DNA of 31,126 bases from Alphaproteobacteria bacterium (GCA_020632795.1 JACKEV010000010.1:1-31126); one strand, 5' to 3'; counted from the first letter of the stretch, positions 18,435 to 24,329 are shown. Translations and numbers: made by a program. Notes: generated by a model from the letters alone, not told the origin.

Positions 18435-19013
18435 ATGCCCGCGTCCCCCTCCACGACCGCAAACACACCGCCCTACCCCCTCAGGCTGCGGCTGCTGGCC
18501 GGCGCGCTGACCGTGGGTTGGGGCGCCCTGCTCCTCTGGTGGTTCGGAGCCCTCCACGCGCTGGGCTGGATCCCCTGGGACGGCGAGGCGCCGATCGTCT
18601 GCGACGGCCGCACCCACCTCAAGCTCAGCGACGTGCGCGCCGCGCTCCCCGCCGGGCCGGTCATCGAGGCCCGCGGGCACTGCAGGCTGACCCTGGAGGA
18701 CTGCGACATCCGGGGCCCCACCGCCGTCGCCCTCTCCGACAACGCCCACGTCGTGCTGCGGGGGTGCGAGGTCACGGGAGACACCGCGCTCACCCTCAGC
18801 GGAGACGCCGAGGTCACGCTGGAGGACGCCGAGGTCAGCGGTGCGGTCGCTGTCGTGGCCGCCGACCGCTCCGTCGTGCGGCTCCGGTCCGGGCGCATCT
18901 CCGGCGCCCGGATCTCCGTCGATCTGCTCGGAGACGCAATCCTCGTCCACCAGGGCGGCGACGTCCTGGGGCGCGTGCGCACCGCCGACAGCCCGCGGGC
19001 CTACCACGACTGA
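18435..19013 (+). CDS. Paralogous membrane protein (TM helix plus the same C-terminal repeat domain)
   Basis: Shares W-DG-EP-VC-G...LP-GPVIEA-G-C-LTL-C-I-GPTA with the upstream gene. There is a 6-bp gap after the upstream stop. Confidence 0.5.
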   Translation: MPASPSTTANTPPYPLRLRLLAGALTVGWGALLLWWFGALHALGWIPWDGEAPIVCDGRTHLKLSDVRAALPAGPVIEARGHCRLTLEDCDIRGPTAVALSDNAHVVLRGCEVTGDTALTLSGDAEVTLEDAEVSGAVAVVAADRSVVRLRSGRISGARISVDLLGDAILVHQGGDVLGRVRTADSPRAYHD

Positions 19014-19022
19014 CCCACCGGG

Positions 19023-20495
19023 TCAGCGCATCCCGAACCCCCGCAGCTTGCGCTTGAGGGTGTTCCGGTCGATGCCCAGCGCCCGCGCCGCCTGGGAGAG
19101 GTTCCCGTCGAGCTGCGCCAGGGCGTCCGCGATCGCGGCGCGCTCGACCTCAGCCACCCGCTCGACCAGCGGGCGCAGCGGTCCACCCAGGGGCGCCACC
19201 GCCACCCGCACCGGGGCCCCCCGGATCTCCGGGGAGAGGTCCTCCACCGCCACCACATCCTCGCAGAACACCCCCCAGCGGGTCACCTCGGCCCGCAGCT
19301 CCCGCACGTTGCCCGGCCACCGCCAGGACCGCAGCGCGTCCCAGGCCGCCCGCGTCAGCTTCAGGGGCCGCCCCAGCTCCTCCATGAAGTGGGCCACCAG
19401 CCGCTCCAGGTCGCCGCCCCGATCCCGCAGCGCCGGGACCTCGAGGGTCGCGCCCCGCAGCCGATAGTAGAGGTCCTCCCGAAACCGGCCGGCGCGCACC
19501 TCGGACGCCAGGTCCCGGTGGGTCGCCGCGACCACCCGCACGTCCACCCGCACCGGCCGCTCGCCGCCCACCCGACGCAGCTCGCCCTCCTGCAACACCC
19601 GCAGGAGCTGGACCTGCACCCGGGGCGGCATCTCGCCCACCTCATCCAGGAACAGCGTGCCGCCGTCCGCCACCTCGAACAGGCCCCGGCGCCGCCCGGA
19701 GGCCCCGGTGAAGGCCCCCTTCTCGTGCCCGAACAGCTCGCTGGAGAGCACGCCCTCGGCGAACGCCCCGCAGTTCTCGGCGATGAACGGCCCTTCAGCC
19801 CGCGCGCTGGCGGAGTGGATCGCGCGGGCGACCAGCTCCTTGCCCGTCCCGGTCTCCCCATACACCAGCACCGGCACCTCGCTGGGCGCCACCCGGGCCA
19901 GCCTGCGTCGAAGCGTCTGCATGGGCGCGCTCTCGCCGATCATGCGGTCGCTGTCGGCGCGGCGCTCGGCGCGCAGCCGGACCAGCTCCTCGCGCAGGGC
20001 GCGGATCTCCGGGAAGCCCTCGATCTCCAGCCGCACCTCCCGGATGGCCCGGGGGTGGGGGTCTGGTACGAAGGCCGGCGGGATGACCTGGAGCATGCGC
20101 GCCCGGAGCAGCCCCGCCTGCACCAGGATGACCCACAGGGTCTGGGACTGGGGCGTGCCTGCCGAGAGCACCACGTCCAGCTCGGGCGCGCCGCGCAGCT
20201 CCTCGACCAGGGGCGCCAGCCCGAAGAACAGCGCCTCGTGGTCGGTTGGATCCGCCAGATCGATGAGCCGCAGCTCCGCGCGCAGGCCACGCTCCCGCAT
20301 CCGCGCCACCAGGCCCCGAGCGCCCTCCAGCCCCGAGGGGATGCTCAGCACCAGGACCCGGTCGTAGCGCCCCTGGCTCTCCGGCTGGTCGAGGAGCCGC
20401 AGCACAGGCCCCTGATCCGCCGGGTTGTGCGGGAGGGGAGGGCCGGGGACCGGGCGAGGGGCGCCGCGGTCGGACCAGGTGAGCAGCGTGGCCAT
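19023..20495 (-). CDS. rtcR: Sigma54-dependent transcriptional regulator with non-receiver N-terminal domain, RtcR-like (CARF-AAA+-HTH)
   Basis: AAA+ sigma54-interaction domain (GETGTGKE, GAFTGA, ESELFGHEKGAFTGA) and C-terminal Fis-type HTH. The N-terminal ~190 aa lack the receiver D-D-K pattern; the segment DVVLSAGTPQSQTLWVILVQAGLLRARMLQVIPP resembles the CARF domain of RtcR as remembered. ATG at 20495; the track ORF extension to 20861 is not supported. Confidence 0.7.
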   Translation of the reverse strand: MATLLTWSDRGAPRPVPGPPLPHNPADQGPVLRLLDQPESQGRYDRVLVLSIPSGLEGARGLVARMRERGLRAELRLIDLADPTDHEALFFGLAPLVEELRGAPELDVVLSAGTPQSQTLWVILVQAGLLRARMLQVIPPAFVPDPHPRAIREVRLEIEGFPEIRALREELVRLRAERRADSDRMIGESAPMQTLRRRLARVAPSEVPVLVYGETGTGKELVARAIHSASARAEGPFIAENCGAFAEGVLSSELFGHEKGAFTGASGRRRGLFEVADGGTLFLDEVGEMPPRVQVQLLRVLQEGELRRVGGERPVRVDVRVVAATHRDLASEVRAGRFREDLYYRLRGATLEVPALRDRGGDLERLVAHFMEELGRPLKLTRAAWDALRSWRWPGNVRELRAEVTRWGVFCEDVVAVEDLSPEIRGAPVRVAVAPLGGPLRPLVERVAEVERAAIADALAQLDGNLSQAARALGIDRNTLKRKLRGFGMR

Positions 20496-20533
20496 GACCC
20501 CCGAGCCATAGCACAGCCGTTGTCCGCGAGCTT

Positions 20534-20573
20534 GGCCCCCGGGGCTCGGCCCCCGGGGCTCGGCCCCCGGGCC
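20534..20573. repeat. Tandem 14-bp repeat GGCCCCCGGGGCTC (about 2.8 copies) upstream of rtcR
   Basis: Read directly from the sequence; it lies in the rtcR 5' region. Confidence 0.6.
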
Positions 20574-20674
20574 ATCTTCTGTCCGCCATGCGCCCCAGCA
20601 CGACGCATACACGCAAGAGATCAAGCTGAAACCCACCGAATCGAGGTTCCAAAGAACACCACACAAAAAAGTGT

Positions 20675-20702
20675 TTGCACTCTGTCGGTAATGTGGTAAA
20701 AC
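20675..20702 (+). promoter_or_regulatory. Sigma70-like promoter TTGCAC-16-TGgTAAAAC (extended -10)
   Basis: It sits in an unusually AT-rich patch facing the tRNA array. Two GC hairpins follow at 20902-20929 and 20935-20968. Confidence 0.35.
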
Positions 20703-20934
20703 ATCATCGTGGGCCGGGCAGAGGTCCCCCCACACGTCAAAGGAACCTGGCATGTACCGCTTCTCCGCCAACACCCCCTGTATCGCCGAACCCTGGCAGA
20801 CCATTCTGTCCGGTGTGGTGGTGCTCCCTGCCGCCGCCGCAGGCAACATGCCTGCGAGCAAGCGCCCGGGACAGGGTACGGCGGATCAAGCCGAGGGCTC
20901 AGGAAAAACAGCGTAGCAGGCTGTTTTCCTCCAT

Positions 20935-20975
20935 GAAGCCCCCGGCCCCGCAAGGCGCCGGGGGCTTCTGGTTTC
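20935..20975 (+). terminator. 12-bp-stem hairpin GAAGCCCCCGGC/GCCGGGGGCTTC followed by TGGTTTC
   Basis: Perfect stem read from the sequence with a U-containing tail. It may terminate a ~260-nt transcript from the 20675 promoter. Confidence 0.35.
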
Positions 20976-21084
20976 AGGGCCCCGTCGCCAGCCGGACCAG
21001 CCGAACGGGCTGCTCGCTCCGACGCCGCTGAGCGTCCGAGCGCCTGTCGCCCCGACCTCGCACACCACTGCGAGGGATGGACGA

Positions 21085-21103
21085 GTCTGTATTGAATACA
21101 GAC
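21085..21103. promoter_or_regulatory. Perfect palindrome GTCTGTATT-G-AATACAGAC next to a consensus TTGACA (21123-21128) upstream of the tRNA array
   Basis: 9-bp arms with no mismatch, which is rare in a 70% GC genome. The -35 consensus hexamer is 20 bp downstream and about 100 bp upstream of the first tRNA. Confidence 0.4.
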
Positions 21104-21227
21104 CTCACACAGTTCCTCTTCTTTGACATCGCGAATACGCATGGAGTTTCACGGGTCCGCGTCGCGCCAATCACGGCGGTCGTCAGCGGCGCGGGCCCAC
21201 CCCCCTCTCACCCAGGAGAGGGGTTGT

Positions 21228-21303
21228 GCGCCCGTAGCCAAGCGGTCCATAAGGCACCGGACTCTTAATCCGGCGATCGTGGGTTCGAATCCCACCGGGT
21301 GTA
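21228..21303 (+). tRNA. tRNA-Lys(CTT)
   Basis: Cloverleaf: acceptor GCGCCCG/CGGGTGT (two G-U pairs), anticodon arm CCGGA-CTCTTAA-TCCGG, T-arm GTGGG-TTCGAAT-CCCAC. Confidence 0.75.
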
Positions 21304-21391
21304 CCTCGGTTCTCCACGGGAGATGCTCGCGCAGCGCTCCACGGGAGATGCCTGTCCTGAGCCTCTGCGACCCCGCGTCGCCGAGGCCTGT

Positions 21392-21468
21392 CGGGGTGTA
21401 GCTCAGCCTGGGAGAGCGGCTGGTTCGGATCCAGCAGGTCGTCGGTTCAAATCCGGCCACCCCGACCA
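21392..21468 (+). tRNA. tRNA-Pro(CGG)
   Basis: Acceptor CGGGGTG/CACCCCG, anticodon loop TTCGGAT, T-arm GTCGG-TTCAAAT-CCGGC, encoded CCA. Confidence 0.85.
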
Positions 21469-21520
21469 TCACACGCCTGGAGCGGCCGGTTCTGCACCGG
21501 TCGGTCGCTCCGGGCTCCCT

Positions 21521-21592
21521 GCGGCCGTAGCTCAAAGGTAGAGCACCGTCTTGCCATGGCGGAGGTTGCGCGTTCGAGTCGCGTCGGCCGCT
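21521..21592 (+). tRNA. tRNA-Gly(GCC)
   Basis: Acceptor GCGGCCG/CGGCCGC, anticodon loop TTGCCAT, T-arm GCGCG-TTCGAGT-CGCGT. Confidence 0.85.
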
Positions 21593-21616
21593 TTCGGATC
21601 CACGCAGGGTCCTCGT

Positions 21617-21693
21617 CCGGGTGTAGTTCAGATGCGGAGAACGCCGCGCTGGGAGCGCGGAGGTCGCTGGTTCAAGTCCAGCCACTCGGACCA
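21617..21693 (+). tRNA. tRNA-Pro(GGG)
   Basis: Acceptor CCGGGTG/CACTCGG (one G-U), anticodon loop CTGGGAG, T-arm GCTGG-TTCAAGT-CCAGC, CCA encoded. Confidence 0.8.
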
Positions 21694-21703
21694 TCCCCCT
21701 CAA

Positions 21704-21787
21704 GGCGACGTAGCCAAGCGGAAAGGCACTCGGCTGCAACCCGGGGAGCGCGGCTCCTCCGGAGCGGGTTCAATCCCGCCGTCGCCT
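21704..21787 (+). tRNA. tRNA-Cys(GCA)-like, 84 nt, with a 14-nt insertion before the T-arm and a 6-nt T-loop (variant or pseudogene)
   Basis: Identical to canonical copy 21946..22016 in acceptor (GGCGACG/CGTCGCC, U73), D-arm and anticodon arm (loop CTGCAAC). It carries CTCCTCCGGAGCGG inserted between the variable loop and T-stem, and TTCAAT where the canonical copy has TTCAAAT. Confidence 0.55.
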
Positions 21788-21824
21788 CTTGTTCATGTTC
21801 CAACTGACCCATCACACTTCTCAA

Positions 21825-21908
21825 GGCGACGTAGCCAAGCGGAAAGGCACTCGGCTGCAACCCGGGGAGCGCGGCTCCTCCGGAGCGGGTTCAATCCCGC
21901 CGTCGCCT
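21825..21908 (+). tRNA. tRNA-Cys(GCA)-like, second identical 84-nt copy with the 14-nt insertion
   Basis: Exact 121-bp tandem duplicate (gene plus spacer) of 21704..21824. Confidence 0.55.
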
Positions 21909-21945
21909 CTTGTTCATGTTCCAACTGACCCATCACACTTCTCAA

Positions 21946-22016
21946 GGCGACGTAGCCAAGCGGAAAGGCACTCGGCTGCAACCCGGGGAGCGCGGGTTCA
22001 AATCCCGCCGTCGCCT
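21946..22016 (+). tRNA. tRNA-Cys(GCA), canonical 71 nt
   Basis: Acceptor GGCGACG/CGTCGCC with U73 discriminator (the Cys identity element), anticodon loop CTGCAAC, 4-nt variable loop, T-arm GCGGG-TTCAAAT-CCCGC. Confidence 0.8.
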
Positions 22017-22023
22017 CTTGTCT

Positions 22024-22100
22024 CAAGGTGTAGCTCAGGCGAGGAGAGCGGCTGGTTTGGAACCAGCAGGCCGCCGGTTCGAGTCCGGCCACCTTGACCA
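22024..22100 (+). tRNA. tRNA-Pro(TGG)
   Basis: Acceptor CAAGGTG/CACCTTG, anticodon loop TTTGGAA, T-arm GCCGG-TTCGAGT-CCGGC, CCA encoded. Confidence 0.85.
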
Positions 22101-22116
22101 TCTCTGACGACCACAT

Positions 22117-22188
22117 GCGTCCGTAGCTCAATGGTAGAGCGCTGCCCTCCCAAGGCAGAGGTTGCGCGTTCGAGTCGCGTCGGTCGCT
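22117..22188 (+). tRNA. tRNA-Gly(CCC)
   Basis: Acceptor GCGTCCG/CGGTCGC (one T-T mismatch), anticodon loop CTCCCAA, T-arm GCGCG-TTCGAGT-CGCGT. Confidence 0.75.
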
Positions 22189-22195
22189 TCCCTAC

Positions 22196-22266
22196 AGGGT
22201 CGAGCGCTGGTTGTGTCAGGCGGCCTCCAAAGTCGCCCTGCGAGAGTTCGAATCTCTCCGGCCCTG
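22196..22266 (+). tRNA. tRNA-Trp(CCA) with irregular D-arm
   Basis: Anticodon loop CTCCAAA and T-arm/acceptor GAGAG-TTCGAAT-CTCTC-CGGCCCT-G closely resemble bacterial tRNA-Trp (A1-U72, G73). The D-arm does not fold cleanly by eye. Confidence 0.55.
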
Positions 22267-22285
22267 CTCCTTCATCCAGCACCAC

Positions 22286-22359
22286 AGGCGAGTGGCGCAA
22301 TCGCGGAGCGCACCGCTCTCACACAGCGGAGGTTGCGGGTTCGAGTCCCGCCTCGCCTA
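22286..22359 (+). tRNA. tRNA-Val(CAC)
   Basis: Acceptor AGGCGAG/CTCGCCT, D-stem GCGC/GCGC, anticodon loop CTCACAC, T-arm GCGGG-TTCGAGT-CCCGC. Confidence 0.8.
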
Positions 22360-22389
22360 TCATCCCCAACAAGCCCAGAGGAGGTCCCC

Positions 22390-23484
22390 ATGTCCTCTTT
22401 CGCCGTCAAGGTCGTGCGGCTCCGCGTCGAGCCACACCACAACGCAGATGCCCTCGAGCTGGCGCGCGTGGGCGACTACCTCTCCGTGGTCCGCAAGGGC
22501 CAGTTCAGGACCGGCGACCTCGCCGCCTACATCCCCGAGCAGGCCATCGTCCCCGACGAGCTGCTCGAGGAGATGGGGCTCACGGGGCGCCTGGCCGGCA
22601 AGTTCGCCAACCGCGTCAAGGCCATCCGGCTGCGGGGCGTGCTGTCCCAGGGCCTCTGCTACCCGGCGCGGCCGGAGTGGCCCGAGGGCCTCGACGTGAC
22701 CGAGACCCTGGGCATCGTCAAGCACGAGCCCCCGGTCCCCACGTCGATGGACGGCCAGGCCTGGGCGGCCGGGCTGGACCGCTGCCTGCGCTACGACATC
22801 GAGAACATCAAGCGTTTCCCCGATGTCCTGGCCGACGGCGAGCCGGTCGTCTTCACCGAGAAGATCCACGGCACCTGGACCCAGCTCGGCCTCGTGCCCG
22901 AGGCCTGGGCCCACGCCGAGCACGGTCGGCTGGTCGTCAGCTCGAAGGGGCTCGCCGCGCGCGGCCTGGCGTTCATGCCGAACGCCCAGGAGAACGAGCG
23001 AAACCTCTACCTCCGGGTCGCCCGCACCCTGGACATCGAGGCCCGCCTGGAGGCGGCCTTCAGCGGCACGCTGAGCGCCGACGCGCCGGTCTTCGTCCTC
23101 GGCGAGACCTTCGGCGCGGGCGTCCAGGACCTCGCCTACGGCGCGAACGTCGGCCACGACGCCAGCCTCGGCTTCCGGGTGTTCGACGTCTACGTCGGCG
23201 CGGTCGGCCAGGGGCACTTCCTGGACGACACCGAGCTGGAGGCCGCGTGCCGTGCGCTCAGCCTGGAGCGTGTCCCGGTGGTCTACCGGGGTCCGTTCAG
23301 CCGCGAGGCGCTCGCCGAGCACACCGACGGCCGCGAGCAGGTCAGCGGAGAGGGCAAGCACATCCGAGAGGGTGTGGTCGTCCGACCCGTCCACGAGCGG
23401 CGCCACGACGAGCTGGGCCGCGTCCAGCTCAAGTCGGTGTCCGAGCGCTACCTGCTCCGCAAGGGTGGGACCGAGTACAACTGA
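22390..23484 (+). CDS. ATP-dependent RNA ligase (Rnl2/Rnl5-like nucleotidyltransferase) with N-terminal tRNA-binding OB fold (Myf/Trbp111/CsaA-like)
   Basis: ATG at 22390 with RBS AGAGGAGG. N-terminal VKVVRLRVEPHHNADAL...RLRGVLSQGLC matches the HPNAD...KLRGV.S.GM.C pattern of the tRNA-binding OB domain. FTEKIHGTW is the KxHG lysine-adenylylation motif I of RNA ligases. A hairpin follows at ~23489-23525. The part of the track ORF 5' of 22390 reads through tRNA genes and is rejected. Confidence 0.7.
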   Translation: MSSFAVKVVRLRVEPHHNADALELARVGDYLSVVRKGQFRTGDLAAYIPEQAIVPDELLEEMGLTGRLAGKFANRVKAIRLRGVLSQGLCYPARPEWPEGLDVTETLGIVKHEPPVPTSMDGQAWAAGLDRCLRYDIENIKRFPDVLADGEPVVFTEKIHGTWTQLGLVPEAWAHAEHGRLVVSSKGLAARGLAFMPNAQENERNLYLRVARTLDIEARLEAAFSGTLSADAPVFVLGETFGAGVQDLAYGANVGHDASLGFRVFDVYVGAVGQGHFLDDTELEAACRALSLERVPVVYRGPFSREALAEHTDGREQVSGEGKHIREGVVVRPVHERRHDELGRVQLKSVSERYLLRKGGTEYN

Positions 23485-23561
23485 GACGGCAGCGCGCGGC
23501 GCGGAGACGGGGCCCCCTCGCCTCCGCGCCCCAACCCCGATAGGAGGGGCGGTGAGGATGA

Positions 23562-23634
23562 GGGTTCGTAGCTCAAGCGGTAGAGCAACGGCCTTTTAAG
23601 CCGGCGGTTCCGGGTTCGAGTCCCGGCGGACCCA
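23562..23634 (+). tRNA. tRNA-Lys(TTT)
   Basis: Acceptor GGGTTCG/CGGACCC (one G-U), anticodon loop CTTTTAA, T-arm CCGGG-TTCGAGT-CCCGG. Confidence 0.8.
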
Positions 23635-23662
23635 CCTCCCTCCTGCCCATCGGGGACCCTGT

Positions 23663-23736
23663 TCCCTGGTCGTTCAACGGCAGGACACCTGGCTCTGAAC
23701 CAGGAGATGGAGGTTCGAGTCCTCCCTGGGGGACCA
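23663..23736 (+). tRNA. tRNA-Gln(CTG)
   Basis: Anticodon arm CCTGG-CTCTGAA-CCAGG, T-arm GGAGG-TTCGAGT-CCTCC, CCA encoded. The acceptor TCCCTGG/CTGGGGG needs three G-U pairs. Confidence 0.6.
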
Positions 23737-23768
23737 TCCGCTCGCGTCGGGCGTCATCGACGCAACAT

Positions 23769-23845
23769 GGGGCAGTAGCTCAACTGGGAGAGCGTCGGGC
23801 TGGCAGTCCGAAGGTTGTGGGTTCAATCCCCATCTGTCTCCACCA
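23769..23845 (+). tRNA. tRNA-Ala(GGC)-like with non-canonical acceptor (extra nt in 3' strand)
   Basis: 5' GGGGCAG, D-arm TAGCTCAACTGGGAGAGC, anticodon loop CTGGCAG, T-arm GTGGG-TTCAATC-CCCAT. The 3' strand CTGTCTCC-A-CCA is one nt longer than the CTGCTCC needed to pair with G3-U70. Confidence 0.55.
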
Positions 23846-23877
23846 TCCGCTCGCGTCGGGCGTCATCGACGCAACAT

Positions 23878-23967
23878 GGGGCAGTAGCTCAACTGGGAGA
23901 GCGTCGGGCTGGCAGTCCGAAGGTTGTGGGTCCTCCAGACCGGGTTCACTCCCATCTGTCTCCACCA
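23878..23967 (+). tRNA. tRNA-Ala(GGC)-like, 90 nt, with a 14-nt insertion before the T-arm and a 6-nt T-loop (variant or pseudogene)
   Basis: Identical to 23769 copy through the anticodon arm. It carries TCCTCCAGACCGGG inserted and TTCACT in place of TTCAATC. This is the same pair of changes seen in the Cys-like copies. Confidence 0.5.
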
Positions 23968-23997
23968 TCCGCTCGCGTCGGGCGTCATCGACGCAAC

Positions 23998-24074
23998 ATG
24001 GGGCAGTAGCTCAACTCGGGAGAGCGCCCGGTTCGCATCCGGGAGGTTGTGGGTTCAAGTCCCATCTGTCTCCA
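23998..24074 (+). tRNA. tRNA-Ala(CGC)-like (same non-canonical acceptor)
   Basis: Anticodon arm CCCGG-TTCGCAT-CCGGG, T-arm GTGGG-TTCAAGT-CCCAT. It shares the 5' spacer and acceptor of the 23769 copy. Confidence 0.55.
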
Positions 24075-24107
24075 CCATCCGCTCGCGTCGGGCGTATACG
24101 GCGCAAC

Positions 24108-24180
24108 ATGGGACGGTAGCTCAATCGCGGAGAGCGTCCGGCTTGCACCCGGGAGGCTGCGGGTTCGAATCCCGCCCGCT
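24108..24180 (+). tRNA. tRNA-Ala(TGC)
   Basis: Acceptor GGGACGG/CCGCTCC with G3-U70 and one A-C mismatch, anticodon loop CTTGCAC, T-arm GCGGG-TTCGAAT-CCCGC. The end coordinate is approximate. Confidence 0.65.
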
Positions 24181-24195
24181 CCACTCGCGGCAGAA

Positions 24196-24228
24196 GGGGC
24201 GGCGGCGCATGGGGAGCGCCGCCGCCCC
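24196..24228 (+). terminator. Perfect 13-bp-stem hairpin GGGGCGGCGGCGC-ATGGGGA-GCGCCGCCGCCCC inside the tRNA array
   Basis: Read directly from the sequence. No T-run. It lies between tRNA-Ala(TGC) and tRNA-Gln(TTG). Confidence 0.35.
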
Positions 24229-24237
24229 ACGGGGTCT

Positions 24238-24309
24238 GCGGGGATGGCCAAGCGGCAAGGCGCCGGGCTTTGAACTCGGAGAGCGTGGGTTCGATCCCCA
24301 CTCCCCGTT
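24238..24309 (+). tRNA. tRNA-Gln(TTG)
   Basis: D-arm GCC-AAGCGGCAA-GGC, anticodon arm CCGGG-CTTTGAA-CTCGG, T-arm GTGGG-TTCGATC-CCCAC, acceptor GCGGGGA/TCCCCGT. Confidence 0.7.
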
Positions 24310-24329
24310 CCTCCCCTTCCCATCTCCCC

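Larger units (their letters stand above)
21704..22016 (+). repeat. 121-bp tandem direct repeat (tRNA-Cys-like gene plus spacer) x2, followed by the canonical Cys copy
   Basis: 21704-21824 and 21825-21945 are identical as read. The third unit shares the flanks but lacks the insertion. Confidence 0.7.
23737..24107 (+). repeat. Tandem ~105-bp units (hairpin spacer CCGCTCGCGTCGGGCGTCATCGACGCAACAT plus tRNA-Ala-like gene) x4
   Basis: The spacer recurs before each Ala-like gene (fourth copy diverged: ...GGGCGTATACGGCGCAACAT). Each spacer contains a 6-bp hairpin GCGTCG/CGACGC. Confidence 0.7.

Noticed and set aside
17607-19057. Minus-strand 466-aa ORF and plus-strand 431-aa ORF overlapping the two zinc-ribbon paralogue genes
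   Set aside because: Shadow ORFs with Gly/Arg/Asp low-complexity composition. The plus-strand genes called here have TM helices, conserved Cys patterns and paralogy, which support them instead.
20496-20861. N-terminal extension of the rtcR-like ORF to 20861
   Set aside because: The extension is Cys/Trp-rich and lies over the promoter region. The ATG at 20495 gives a sensible N-terminus.
21149-22300. Several minus-strand ORFs (21149..21739, 21793..22131, 21998..22300) and plus-strand ORFs across the tRNA array
   Set aside because: They overlap tRNA genes and tandem repeats. Their repeated peptide segments simply mirror the DNA repeats.
22162-22389. 5' part of track ORF 22162..23484
   Set aside because: It reads through tRNA-Gly, tRNA-Trp and tRNA-Val genes. 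The ATG at 22390 with RBS AGAGGAGG is the credible start of the RNA ligase.
21704-24107. Possible CRISPR array suggested by regularly spaced direct repeats
   Set aside because: The repeats are whole tRNA genes plus spacers (121-bp and ~105-bp units) with cloverleaf structure, not 25-40-bp CRISPR repeats. No cas genes are present.
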